From an uncultured Clostridia bacterium (GTDB taxonomy: Bacteria > Bacillota > Clostridia > TANB77 > CAG-508), in assembly GCA_949538735.1 (NCBI GenBank), contig CATGLK010000002.1, forward strand, positions 46,145 through 110,144: a stretch of DNA of 64,000 bases, written 5' to 3'. Positions 19,159 to 29,262 of this stretch are shown one piece after another. Each line of letters starts with the position of its first letter. The stretch's first letter is position 1. Under the pieces are notes generated by a model. That model searched no databases, had not been told where the DNA came from, and worked only from the letters and a program-made list of their open reading frames with translations. The position numbers and the translations under genes are program-made.

Positions 19159-19410
19159 ATGAGTAGAATAGAAAAATTAATAGAAAGACTAAAAGCAAAG
19201 CCAAAAGATTTAACATATGAAGAGACAGAGAAAATATTAAATAGTTTAGGTTTTTTTGAATATAATAAAGGAAGGACATCTGGATCAAGAGTAGAGTTTA
19301 AAAAGAACAATAAAAAAATACAGATACATAAACCACATCCAGGAAATATATTAAAGCCGTATCAGGTAAAAATAATACTAAATAAATTAAAAGAATTGGG
19401 GGAAATATAG
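19159..19410 (+). CDS. hicA: HicA mRNA-interferase toxin
   Basis: 83 aa. SGSRVEFKK...HKPHPGNILKPYQVKIILNKL is typical of HicA. Confidence 0.75.
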   Translation: MSRIEKLIERLKAKPKDLTYEETEKILNSLGFFEYNKGRTSGSRVEFKKNNKKIQIHKPHPGNILKPYQVKIILNKLKELGEI

Positions 19411-19752
19411 ATGAAAAATATTATGAAATATAAAGGATATTGGGCAGAAGTTAGATATAGTGATGAAGATGAATGTTTTTGTGGAGAAATAGAAGGTCTA
19501 AAAAATACATCAATATCTTTTGAAGGCACAACAGTAAAAGCGTTGAAAAAAGACTTTAAAGATGCAATTGATTATTACTTAGAAGGGTGCAAAATTAACA
19601 ATGAAGAACCAGAAAAACAATGCAAAGGTTCGTTAAATGTCAGACTAGGAGTAGAACTTCACAACAAAGCCAAAATGAAATCAATAGAAAAAAACATATC
19701 AATAAACGAGCTAATAAAAAACGCGGTAATAATGTACTTAAAAACCAATTAA
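19411..19752 (+). CDS. hicB: HicB-family antitoxin
   Basis: Adjacent to hicA. HicB-like N-terminal fold and a C-terminal RHH-like segment (ISINELIKNAVIMYL). Confidence 0.65.
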   Translation: MKNIMKYKGYWAEVRYSDEDECFCGEIEGLKNTSISFEGTTVKALKKDFKDAIDYYLEGCKINNEEPEKQCKGSLNVRLGVELHNKAKMKSIEKNISINELIKNAVIMYLKTN

Positions 19753-19814
19753 TTGTATAAATTTAACAAAATCCGTAAATAATAAAAACAAAAGAAATTA
19801 CGGAGGCGTTAAAA

Positions 19815-20414
19815 ATGAATAAAACAATAATAACCCTAATAACAATAATAGTAATAATATCAGCAATAATAACAGGAATACTAATATACAAACCAAAAGA
19901 AAACAAACAAGAAGAAACAAACATAAAAGAAATAGCCCAAGAAGAAATATTAGACGAATGCACAGACGAATACGAGCAAGAACAAAACCAAATAATGACC
20001 ACAAACTCAGGAGAAGAAAAAATCTCACCAAATGCAGCAATAACATTAAAAACATATTATCAACAATGTGGGCACACATCAAGCGAATACAAAACAGTAC
20101 CAGAAGAATTAGTAAATAAAACAAGAAATGAATTAGAGAAAAAATATATGGACTGGGACATACAAAAATTTACAGACACAGATATAGTACTTGAAAAAGA
20201 AGAAACAGGTAGTTGTGGAGAACACTATATAGTAAGAGACAAAGAAGGTAAAGTTGTTATATATGAAATACAAGACGATGAAAGCGAAAAAGAGTATGAA
20301 GTAACTGATATTTCTACTGAATACTTAACTGAGACAGATAAAAACAATATTAAAAAAGGAATATATGTTAATGGAAAACAAGATTTAAATCAATTAATTG
20401 AAGACTTTGAATAA
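19815..20414 (+). CDS. membrane-anchored hypothetical protein (BofC-like C-terminal region?)
   Basis: N-terminal TM helix, acidic linker, and a C-terminal CGEHYIVRDKEGKVVIY segment reminiscent of BofC. Confidence 0.35.
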   Translation: MNKTIITLITIIVIISAIITGILIYKPKENKQEETNIKEIAQEEILDECTDEYEQEQNQIMTTNSGEEKISPNAAITLKTYYQQCGHTSSEYKTVPEELVNKTRNELEKKYMDWDIQKFTDTDIVLEKEETGSCGEHYIVRDKEGKVVIYEIQDDESEKEYEVTDISTEYLTETDKNNIKKGIYVNGKQDLNQLIEDFE

Positions 20415-20419
20415 ATAAT

Positions 20420-20452
20420 AAAGACGCTATATAATCTGATATAGCGTCTTTT
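20420..20452. terminator. bidirectional rho-independent terminator
   Basis: AAGACGCTATAT..ATATAGCGTCTT hairpin flanked by A/T runs, between convergent genes. Confidence 0.7.
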
Positions 20453-20460
20453 AAACAATC

Positions 20461-21051
20461 CTATTTCTTCTTTTCTCTCTTATCAACAGTAACTTCTTTC
20501 TTTAAATCTTGTTTATCAATAAATCCCTTTTGGTATAAATCTTTAACATACATTACAAGAGCAAAAACAGTAGTAACAAGAGCTAAGCAATATAAATAAA
20601 AATCAATTTGTTGCCAAGCACCAGTTAAATCAAACTGTTTCAATAGTAAAGAACAAACAATAGCTATATAAAATAGCACAGTTGCAAGTTTACCATACCA
20701 TTTACTATAAACAACAACATCTTTTCCATAAAGGAAAGAAGCACCAACAATCATAATAAACTCTTTAAGTAAGACAATTATTAAAATCCAAATTGGAATA
20801 ATATTAGTAATAGTCAAAGAGGTAAGAGTACATATTTGAGTTAATTTATCAGCTAATGGGTCCATTAATTTTCCAAAATTTGATACTAAGTTAAATTTTC
20901 TTGCAATAAAGCCGTCAGCAATATCAGTAATTCCAGAAAGGGTAAATATAACAAAAGCTAATATATAATTTCCAGTAAAGATGTGTAATACTATAAAAGG
21001 TATTAATAATAATCTTACTATTGTAAGTGCATTTGGTATATGTTTTAACAT
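20461..21051 (-). CDS. pgsA: CDP-diacylglycerol--glycerol-3-phosphate 3-phosphatidyltransferase
   Basis: CDP-alcohol phosphatidyltransferase motif (DGFIARKF...G...DPLADKL). Confidence 0.85.
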   Translation of the reverse strand: MLKHIPNALTIVRLLLIPFIVLHIFTGNYILAFVIFTLSGITDIADGFIARKFNLVSNFGKLMDPLADKLTQICTLTSLTITNIIPIWILIIVLLKEFIMIVGASFLYGKDVVVYSKWYGKLATVLFYIAIVCSLLLKQFDLTGAWQQIDFYLYCLALVTTVFALVMYVKDLYQKGFIDKQDLKKEVTVDKREKKK

Positions 21052-21060
21052 AATTTTCTC

Positions 21061-23415
21061 CTATTTTACTTCAAATTTTAATTTATCATTTTCTACTTCA
21101 ACTTCTACATTTTGACCGTCTGTAAGTTCGCCTTTTAAAATCATTTCTGCCAATTCATCTTCAATATATCTTTGAATAGCTCTTCTTAAAGGTCTTGCAC
21201 CAAACTTGATATCAGTTCCTTTTTCTAAAATGTAATCTTTAGCATTAGGAGATATATTCATTTTAATATCTTTATCTTTTAATACTTTGAAAGTATCATC
21301 TAACATTAAATTAACAATCTCTAAAAGTTGCTCACGAGTTAAAGCATCAAAGCTAATAATTTCATCTATTCTATTTAAAAATTCTGGTCTAAAAACTTCT
21401 TTTAAGCTATTCATAATTTTGTTTTTATCAACAGTTTGTTTACCAAAACCAATTGAGTTTGTATTTGTGTTAGAACCAGCATTAGATGTCATTATTATAA
21501 TTGTGTTAGAAAAGCTTACTGTATTTCCTTGGCTATCTGTCAACTTTCCGTCATCTAATACTTGTAATAAAATATTGAATACATCAGGGTGTGCCTTTTC
21601 AATTTCATCTAGTAATATTATTGAATATGGTTTTCTTTTAACTTTGTCAGTTAATTGACCAGCTTCGTCATATCCAACATATCCTGGAGGTGCACCTATC
21701 AATTTAGATGTAGAGTGACTTTCCATATATTCTGACATATCTATTCTTATAATTGAATCTTCATTTCCAAACATTTCATAAGCTAAACTTTTTGCAAGCT
21801 CTGTTTTACCAACACCAGTAGGTCCAACAAATATAAATGAAGGTGGTCTTTTTGTGCTTTTTAATCCAGCACGATTTCTTCTTATTGCCCTTGCAACACT
21901 ATTAACAGCTTCGTTTTGACCAACAATTCTTTTATGTAGGTTTGTTTCTAAATTTAATAATTTTTGTGTTTCTGCTTCTGTTATTTTTTTAACTGGAATT
22001 TTAGTCCAACTTTCAATAACATTTGCTATATCTTGAATTGTTAATTGTCTTGGTTTCATTTTGCTATTTAATTTGTCTATTTCTTCTATTAGTTGACATT
22101 CACGTGTTTTTAGATTTGCAGCTTTTTGGTAATCTTCGGTAGAATCTGCTGCAACAACTTCTTCTTTTTCATTTTGAACTTGAACTAGTTCTTGTTTTAG
22201 CATTTCTAATTTGAATAATTCTTTATTTTCTAAGTTAATTCTAGAGCAAGCTTCATCTAAAATATCAATTGCTTTGTCTGGTAAAAATCTATCGTGAATG
22301 TATTTTTCAGACATTATAACTGCTTGACGAATAACATCAGAAGATATTTTTACTTTGTGATATTCTTCGTAATATTTTTTAATTCCGTCCAAAATACCAA
22401 TAGAATCTTCAACATTTGGTTCTTCAACTAAAACTTGTTGAAATCTTCTTTCTAAAGCAGAATCTTTTTCAATATATTTTCTATATTCTTTTAAAGTTGT
22501 AGTACCAATTAATTGAATTTCTCCATTAGATAGGGCAGGTTTTAATATATTTGCAGCATTCATAGAGTGTTCGCCATCTCCTGCACCAATGATGTTGTGA
22601 ATTTCGTCAATAACTAAAATAATATTTCCAAATTCTTTACATTCATCAATTATACCTTTCATTCTTGACTCGAATTGACCTCTAAACTGAGTTCCAGCTA
22701 TAACAGCTGTCATATCTAATAAATAAACTTCTTTATTTAAAAGTTTTGCAGGCACGTTTTGGTTTGCAATTCTAATCGCTAAACCTTGTGCAATTGCAGT
22801 TTTACCAACACCTGGTTCACCAATTAGGCAAGGGTTGTTTTTAGAACGTCTATTTAAAATTTGTACTATTCTTTGAATTTCTTTTTCTCTACCAATTATC
22901 ATATCTAATTGGTTATTTTTTGCTTTTTCCGTTAAATTTGTTCCAAAAGTATCTAAGAATTTTTTCTTTTTATTTGTTTTTTTGTTTTTCTTTTTTTCAA
23001 CTTTTACTTTTTTTCTACTGTTAGAAGCTTCTTCTTGTTCGGCATTAGATTTTGGTCCAAACATATTTGAGAAGAAAGAGCCAATTGGAATTGCTGCTCC
23101 TGTTATTTTTGGGTCACCGTTTTCATCTGTGATTTCTGGATTTTCAAATGTGATTGCTCCTTCGATATTTTCTATGTCTTCTAAGTTGATGTTTTCTGCT
23201 AAATCTTTGAACATTGTTTCTAGTTGTTTGGTCATATTGCCTATATCAGGTATTTCTTTTGCCATTATGTCGTGTTGGTCTGATATTACTTCTACTGGAT
23301 TTATGCCTTTTTTTTGTGCACAGTCGGCACAGTATCCTTCCATGGATTCTTTTCCATTTTCTATTTTTTTATAAAAAAGTATTGCTGGTTTTTTATTACA
23401 TTCTGAACATAACAT
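21061..23415 (-). CDS. clpE: ATP-dependent Clp protease ATP-binding subunit ClpE (N-terminal zinc finger, two AAA+ domains)
   Basis: N-terminal CxxC..CxxC, D1 ([25 protein letters not shown]) and D2 (GPTGVGKT) domains; no ClpC-type N domain. Confidence 0.8.
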   Translation of the reverse strand: MLCSECNKKPAILFYKKIENGKESMEGYCADCAQKKGINPVEVISDQHDIMAKEIPDIGNMTKQLETMFKDLAENINLEDIENIEGAITFENPEITDENGDPKITGAAIPIGSFFSNMFGPKSNAEQEEASNSRKKVKVEKKKNKKTNKKKKFLDTFGTNLTEKAKNNQLDMIIGREKEIQRIVQILNRRSKNNPCLIGEPGVGKTAIAQGLAIRIANQNVPAKLLNKEVYLLDMTAVIAGTQFRGQFESRMKGIIDECKEFGNIILVIDEIHNIIGAGDGEHSMNAANILKPALSNGEIQLIGTTTLKEYRKYIEKDSALERRFQQVLVEEPNVEDSIGILDGIKKYYEEYHKVKISSDVIRQAVIMSEKYIHDRFLPDKAIDILDEACSRINLENKELFKLEMLKQELVQVQNEKEEVVAADSTEDYQKAANLKTRECQLIEEIDKLNSKMKPRQLTIQDIANVIESWTKIPVKKITEAETQKLLNLETNLHKRIVGQNEAVNSVARAIRRNRAGLKSTKRPPSFIFVGPTGVGKTELAKSLAYEMFGNEDSIIRIDMSEYMESHSTSKLIGAPPGYVGYDEAGQLTDKVKRKPYSIILLDEIEKAHPDVFNILLQVLDDGKLTDSQGNTVSFSNTIIIMTSNAGSNTNTNSIGFGKQTVDKNKIMNSLKEVFRPEFLNRIDEIISFDALTREQLLEIVNLMLDDTFKVLKDKDIKMNISPNAKDYILEKGTDIKFGARPLRRAIQRYIEDELAEMILKGELTDGQNVEVEVENDKLKFEVK

Positions 23416-23515
23416 ACTTTAAATTCCTCATTTCTAATTAAAATATTAACTCATAGTATAATATCGCAAAATTGCGAAATAGTCAATATTTTGAGCCAAT
23501 ATTCATACAATTTCT

Positions 23516-23939
23516 GTTACTGATTAATGATTTCGAGACAGTGCGGGGAACAATGGGCAAAATTTAGCTTTTATTTTGTTCATTCCATTTGATAAGAATT
23601 TGTATGTTTATAAAAAAAGGAGCTTTCACTCAGGCTCAAGTAATTATTTTATTTTTTGAATAAATTATGAATGTGCCCTGTAATAAGTTTAGAAATTCTT
23701 TAATTATTTTATGGAAAGAGTTCGTGCTGCGACACGGAAGGGAGCCATAAAATAATTTTAGAATTTCTTTGCTTATGTAAGAAACCGAAGAATTTATGAA
23801 AAAAATAAAATAATTACTTGCCCGCGAACATTACTTTTTTTATAAACTTACATATTCTATATCTCATTCCAATCAAATCATAAAAGCTAAATTTTGCCCA
23901 TTGTTCCCCACACTGTCTCGAAATCATTAACCCAGTAAC
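23516..23939. mobile_element. MITE-like non-autonomous element: 57-bp terminal inverted repeats flanking ~310 bp of ORF-less sequence
   Basis: 23516-23572 (GTTACTGATTAATGATTTCGAGACAGTGCGGGGAACAATGGGCAAAATTTAGCTTTT) is the reverse complement of 23882-23939, with 2 mismatches. Confidence 0.6.
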
Positions 23940-24005
23940 ACAAAAATATTGATAAAATAAGTAAAAAATGTTATAATATAGAAAATTGAAAAAAGAGGAT
24001 TAATT

Positions 24006-24872
24006 ATGAATGTAAAATTACCAAATCAATTCAAAATAAGTAAAAAAAGTTTAACAATATACATAACAATAATATCAGTATGCGTAATAGCTGTAATAAT
24101 AGCATTTTACGTACAATTTTATGCAAGAATTGAAATCGCATCATTAATAGGGATAACAACAAAAGAAAGAAAATTCGGAAATAAAACAGAAGAACAAATA
24201 GAAGAAATAAAAGCAGGATTTACCGAAATCTTCAACAACAATTTAGAAAGCGAAGAAGTAGACTATACAAACAAAAAGCAAGACGCAAGTAAAGAATTAG
24301 TATATACAAAATACAATGAAAAAGAAACCAAACCAAGCAATTATGATATAAATGTACAAATTCCATACATAAACATCAGAAGTGACATAGTAAATAAATA
24401 TAATCAAGAAATAGAAGATATATTTGCAGAAACAGCAAGAAAAGTATTAGATACAGAAAACAGAAATATTATATATACAGTAGAATATGTATCAAATGTC
24501 CATGACGGAATTTTATCACTTGCAATAAAATCAAATATAAAAGAAGGTACAAATGCACAAAGAGTAATAATTCGAACATATAACTATGACTTGAGAAATA
24601 ACAAAGAAATTAGTTTAGACGAAACACTTAGAATTAAACAACTAGAAAGAAATGAAGTTAAAGACAAAATCAGAAAAGAAGTAGAACTAGAACATCAAAA
24701 AGCACAAGATTTAAAAGATTTAGGATATTCTATATATAATAGAAATCCAGGGAGCAACATATATAACATAGAGAATTCAAAAGAATATTACGTAACAAAT
24801 GATACTTTATATGTAATCTATGCTTATGGAAATGAGAACTTAACAAGTGAAATGGATTTAATAATATTTTAA
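24006..24872 (+). CDS. membrane-anchored hypothetical protein
   Basis: 288 aa with a single N-terminal TM helix. RBS AAGAGGA precedes the ATG. Confidence 0.45.
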   Translation: MNVKLPNQFKISKKSLTIYITIISVCVIAVIIAFYVQFYARIEIASLIGITTKERKFGNKTEEQIEEIKAGFTEIFNNNLESEEVDYTNKKQDASKELVYTKYNEKETKPSNYDINVQIPYINIRSDIVNKYNQEIEDIFAETARKVLDTENRNIIYTVEYVSNVHDGILSLAIKSNIKEGTNAQRVIIRTYNYDLRNNKEISLDETLRIKQLERNEVKDKIRKEVELEHQKAQDLKDLGYSIYNRNPGSNIYNIENSKEYYVTNDTLYVIYAYGNENLTSEMDLIIF

Positions 24873-24880
24873 TAAAAGTA

Positions 24881-24911
24881 AAAGAGAAGCCTATTCAAAG
24901 CTTCTCTTTTG
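24881..24911 (+). terminator. rho-independent terminator
   Basis: AAGAGAAGC..GCTTCTCTT hairpin followed by TTG. Confidence 0.7.
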
Positions 24912-25007
24912 AAAATAAAAGGGGATGTTCTTTATTTCAAGTCATCTTCACTTGACTGATTACATTTTAACAATCTATTTTGTCCATTGTGTGAACTAAA
25001 AGTGAAA

Positions 25008-26279
25008 TTATGGTTGTTCACCTAAAGTTATTGTTAGCTCTTTTTCAGAACCATCACGATTAACTTTAATCTTTAACTCTTCACCAATTTTGTGATTATT
25101 TTTAATTTCATTTAATTCATCCATTGTTGTAATTTTCTTACCTTCAGCTTCAATAATAACATCGCCAGGTTTTATACCAGCCTTCTCAGCAGCTGAAAAA
25201 TCTTCAACAGTTTTTACATAAACACCTAGAACTAGATTGTAAGCTTTAGCTGTTTGTTCATTTAAATCTAAACCAGAAATTCCAATATAAGGTCTTTTTA
25301 CCTTGCTATATTGAATTAATTGAGACGTAATATCTGTTGTTGAGTTAATAGGAATAGCAAATCCCATACCTTCAATTCCTGTTCCAGATAATTTTAAAGT
25401 ATTTATACCAATAACTTTTCCTTGACTATTAACTAATGCACCACCACTGTTCCCAGAATTTATAGCAGCATCTGTTTGAATTAACTTGAAAGTCTTGCCA
25501 TCAGAATCTGTAACTTCTCTATTAACAGCACTTACAACACCACATGTTATACTGCTTTGCATACCTAATGGATTTCCAACAGCCATAGCAAATTCTCCAA
25601 CTTTTATACTATCAGAATCTGCAAATTCAGCTTTTGAAAGACCAGTTTTTTCAATTTTTATAACAGCTAAATCAGTTTGTTCATCTTTTCCAATAATTTT
25701 AGCTTCATATTCAGTTTCGTCATTAAATAGGGTAACAGTTACCTTAGTTGCGTCTGAAACTTCGTAATAAGATTCAGAAGATGATGTGGCAACTATGTGG
25801 TTATTTGTCAAAATATATCCGTCATCACTTATAATTATTCCAGAACCTGTTGCGGTTGCTGTTGAACTTTGTGTTTGTCTACCAAACATAGAAATTAGTG
25901 AATTTACATTGTATTCAACTTTTATACCTACGATTGATGGCAATACTTTATTTGCTGCGTAAATAGATGTGTCTGAATAATTTGATAATGATGTTTGTGT
26001 TACATATCCATTATTTGTTGAATTTTGTGTGTTTGAAGAACTGCTTGTAGAATTTGTATTTAATAATTTTTCTTTGATTGTTGGTACACCAAAACATACT
26101 CCAAGTACCAAAGAACAGCCAAGTACACCGCTTACAAATGGTAGGAAAAATCCTTTTCCAAATCCTGCTTTGCTTTTTTGGTGATTGTTCATTTCATATG
26201 CTGTTTTGTATGTTATTGGGTTTTGAACTGTTTTGAATGTGTTTGTTTTTTCTTGATTTTTATTTTCGTTTTCTTCCAT
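25008..26279 (-). CDS. htrA: HtrA/DegP-family serine protease with PDZ domain
   Basis: N-terminal TM helix, catalytic triad context (TNNHIV, GNSGGALVN), C-terminal PDZ. RBS AGGAGG. Confidence 0.85.
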   Translation of the reverse strand: MEENENKNQEKTNTFKTVQNPITYKTAYEMNNHQKSKAGFGKGFFLPFVSGVLGCSLVLGVCFGVPTIKEKLLNTNSTSSSSNTQNSTNNGYVTQTSLSNYSDTSIYAANKVLPSIVGIKVEYNVNSLISMFGRQTQSSTATATGSGIIISDDGYILTNNHIVATSSSESYYEVSDATKVTVTLFNDETEYEAKIIGKDEQTDLAVIKIEKTGLSKAEFADSDSIKVGEFAMAVGNPLGMQSSITCGVVSAVNREVTDSDGKTFKLIQTDAAINSGNSGGALVNSQGKVIGINTLKLSGTGIEGMGFAIPINSTTDITSQLIQYSKVKRPYIGISGLDLNEQTAKAYNLVLGVYVKTVEDFSAAEKAGIKPGDVIIEAEGKKITTMDELNEIKNNHKIGEELKIKVNRDGSEKELTITLGEQP

Positions 26280-26448
26280 GTTTTGACCTCCTAATATTTC
26301 AGATATTATTATAATATCCTAATGTAGTATTATAATACAACATATTTGTGAAAATTTTGTGAAAAAATTATAAAAACTTTTACAAAAATTCTATTGAAAA
26401 AAAATGACTAAAAATGTATAATAAACAAAAAGAAAAAGGATGGGAAAA

Positions 26449-26934
26449 ATGAAGAAAAACAAAGGTGTAACACTAATAAGTCTAATGGTAGTAGTAATAA
26501 TATTAATAATAATAGCAGGAATAACAGTATATACAGGAAAAGATGTATTAAAAAAAGCACAGTTAGAAGAACTAAGAACAAATATGTTAATGGTACAAGC
26601 AAAAGCAAAAGGATGTGTAGAATCAGCAAACTTCAAAATGGGAATAAACCCAACAGAAGAAAAAAAAGCAGAAGTAAGACAAGAGGTATATGAAGGAGAA
26701 GCAAAACTACAAAAAGCAGAAGGAACATCAGTACCAACAGGAATAACAATAACAAATGATATGTACAAAGTAACAGAGGAAACACTAAAAGAATGGGGAC
26801 TTGAAAAATTAGAAACAAACTCAAAAAATACATATCTAATAAAATTTGACGACACAAATGCAACAGTAGAAATATATAATACAAAAGGAATAAATGGAAA
26901 ATATTCACTAACAGAAATAGATGCAATGGAATAA
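26449..26934 (+). CDS. prepilin-like (class III signal peptide) small pilin-like protein
   Basis: MKKNKG/VTLISLMVVVIILIIIAGI: charged leader ending in Gly plus a ~20-aa hydrophobic stretch. Position +5 is Ser, not Glu. Pilin-sized (162 aa). Confidence 0.5.
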   Translation: MKKNKGVTLISLMVVVIILIIIAGITVYTGKDVLKKAQLEELRTNMLMVQAKAKGCVESANFKMGINPTEEKKAEVRQEVYEGEAKLQKAEGTSVPTGITITNDMYKVTEETLKEWGLEKLETNSKNTYLIKFDDTNATVEIYNTKGINGKYSLTEIDAME

Positions 26935-26946
26935 AGAAGGAATAAA

Positions 26947-27574
26947 AATGAAAGAAAAAGAACTAGAAAGACTAACAAAACTAAAAGAAATAGAAAAGGA
27001 CTTATACAACAAAGGATTTAAAAATATATGTGGAATAGATGAAGCAGGAAGAGGACCTCTAGCAGGGCCAGTAGTAATAGCAGGAGTAATAATGCCACAA
27101 GATTCAATGATAGAAGGAGTAAATGACTCCAAAAAGGTATCAGAAAAGAAAAGAGAAAAACTATATGACGAAATAATAGAAGAAGCAATAAGCTATTCAG
27201 TAGCAATAATAGGTCAAGACGTAATAGACGACATCAACATATTAAATGCAACAAAAGCAGGAGTAACACAAGTAGTTGACGGATTAGATGTAAAGCCAGA
27301 CTTAATAGTAGTAGATGCATTAACAGGAATAAATACAAGAGGAATTCCATATGAACCAATAATAAAAGGTGACGCAAAATGTTACAACATTGCAGCAGCA
27401 TCAATTTTAGCAAAAGTAACAAGAGATAGAATAATGAGACAATGGGACGAAATATATCCACAATATGGATTTGTTGCACATAAAGGTTATGGAACAGCAA
27501 AGCACATTGAAGCAATCAAAGAATGTGGATTATGCCCAATACATAGAAGAAGTTTTACAAAGAAATTTGTATAA
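26947..27574 (+). CDS. rnhB: ribonuclease HII
   Basis: GIDEAGRGPLAGPVV active-site motif at the N-terminus. Confidence 0.85.
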
Positions 27575-27632
27575 AATAAATTTTGTTATTTGAATTATAA
27601 ACCTGAAAAACCGGAAAGGGGAAATCTAGCCT

Positions 27633-28961
27633 ATGACAATATTAGATATAATTGAGAAAAAAAGAGACAAACAAGAATTAAGCAAGCAAGAAATTGAATA
27701 TTTTATAAAAGGATATACAGAAGGAACAATAGCAGACTATCAGGCAGCAGCACTAGTAATGGCAATATTTATAAACGGAATGACAAAAGAAGAAACAACA
27801 AACTTAACCCTAGCAATGGCAAACTCAGGAGAAATATTAGATGTTTTGGGTGTTTTTGGGGACAGACCTAAAAAGCATCCAAAAATAATTGTAGATAAAC
27901 ACTCAACAGGTGGAGTGGGTGACAAAGTATCATTAATATTGTTACCACTAGTTGCATCTTGTGGAGTGCCAGTTGCGAAGATGTCTGGACGTGGACTAGG
28001 CTTTACAGGCGGTACAGTTGACAAATTAGAATCAATCCCAGGATATAAAACAGGAATAGATATCAACAGTTTTATACAAAATGTGGAAAACATAGGAATA
28101 AGTATTATTTCACAGACCCTAAACTTAGCACCAGCAGATAAAAAAATATATGCGTTAAGAGATAGTATATCTTGTGTGGAAAGTATACCATTAATTGCAT
28201 CAAGCATAATGAGTAAAAAAATAGCAAGTGGAGCAAATAAAATAGTATTAGATGTAACAGTTGGAAGCGGAGCATTTATGAAAGACATCGAACAGGCAAG
28301 CAAACTTGCAAAAGCAATGATAGAAATAGGAGAATTAGCAAACCGTGAAACAGTATGTGTTTTAACAAATATGGATGAACCACTAGGATATGCAGTAGGA
28401 AACACATTAGAAGTAAAAGAAGCAGTAGAGGCATTAAAAGGAAATATGCCAGAAGATGTAAAACAAGTTGTGCTAGAGCTAGGAGCGCATATGATAAAAC
28501 TAGCAAAAGTAACAGACAACATCGAAAATGCAAAAGAAATATTAATTCAAAAAATAGAAAATGGAGAAGCATTCAACAAATTTGTAGAACTAGTACAAAA
28601 TCAAGGTGGAGACACATCATATATAACAAACTTAGAAAAATTTGAAAAAGCAAAATATATAGAACCTGTATATAGCGAAAAATCAGGATATATACAAAAA
28701 ATAAATGCAGAAACAATAGGCAAACTAGCATGTAGTTTGGGAGCAGGAAGAATTAGAAAAGAAGACAAAATAGATATGTCAGTTGGAATAATACTAAATA
28801 AAAAAGTAGGAAATTATGTAGAAAAAGGTGACTGCTTAGGATATATCCATACAAATAATGATAACACATTAGAAGAAGCAAAACAAACTCTATTAAAGAC
28901 AATCAAAATAGAAGAACAAGAAAAAGAACCAATTAAGACAATATTAAAAATAATTTCTTAG
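27633..28961 (+). CDS. pdp: pyrimidine-nucleoside phosphorylase
   Basis: VDKHSTGGVGDK and SGRGLGFTGGTVDKLESIPG motifs. Contains a repeat-derived segment at 27841-27876. Confidence 0.85.
   Translation: MTILDIIEKKRDKQELSKQEIEYFIKGYTEGTIADYQAAALVMAIFINGMTKEETTNLTLAMANSGEILDVLGVFGDRPKKHPKIIVDKHSTGGVGDKVSLILLPLVASCGVPVAKMSGRGLGFTGGTVDKLESIPGYKTGIDINSFIQNVENIGISIISQTLNLAPADKKIYALRDSISCVESIPLIASSIMSKKIASGANKIVLDVTVGSGAFMKDIEQASKLAKAMIEIGELANRETVCVLTNMDEPLGYAVGNTLEVKEAVEALKGNMPEDVKQVVLELGAHMIKLAKVTDNIENAKEILIQKIENGEAFNKFVELVQNQGGDTSYITNLEKFEKAKYIEPVYSEKSGYIQKINAETIGKLACSLGAGRIRKEDKIDMSVGIILNKKVGNYVEKGDCLGYIHTNNDNTLEEAKQTLLKTIKIEEQEKEPIKTILKIIS
27841..27876 (+). repeat. GGGGACAG-core hairpin repeat copy lying in-frame inside pdp
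   Basis: GGTGTTTTTGGGGACAGACCTAAAAAGCATCC closely matches the intergenic copy at 3903. It encodes an extra VLGVFGDRPKK segment just before the conserved VDKHSTGG. Confidence 0.55.
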
Positions 28962-29033
28962 AAAGTTATGGAAAACAGGACAAAATAATTGAAAAAATTT
29001 TTAAATATGCTATAATATTTACAGTGATATTTA

Positions 29034-29096
29034 TAGATGTGTCCCAAAATGGACAAAATGTCCAAAAGGAAACGTCCCCAATGGGACAATGGGCAT
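29034..29096 (+). repeat. GTCC/GGAC-array repeat (subfamily L), intergenic copy
   Basis: ATAGATGTGTCCCAAAATGGACAAAATGTCCAAAAGGAAACGTCCCCAATGGGACA. Confidence 0.7.
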
Positions 29097-29113
29097 AGAA
29101 AGGAAGAAGAATA

Positions 29114-29241
29114 ATGAAGAAAAAAGTAGAGAAAAAACAAAAATATGATAAAGGACAAATATTTGTAAAAGTAATGGCAGGATTTTTAGCACTATTAATG
29201 TTAGTAGGAACAATATCAACACTTATATTCGCACTAATCTA
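29114..29241 (+). CDS. small membrane protein (42 aa)
   Basis: MKKKVEKKQKYDKGQIFVKVMAGFLALLMLVGTISTLIFALI; RBS GGAAGAAG; directly upstream of cdaA. Confidence 0.35.
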
Positions 29242-29262
29242 AAGAAAAATAAGGAGAAATAA

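Noticed and set aside
27740-28522. 260-aa minus-strand ORF
   Set aside because: It is antisense to pdp, which has strong catalytic motifs. No RBS.
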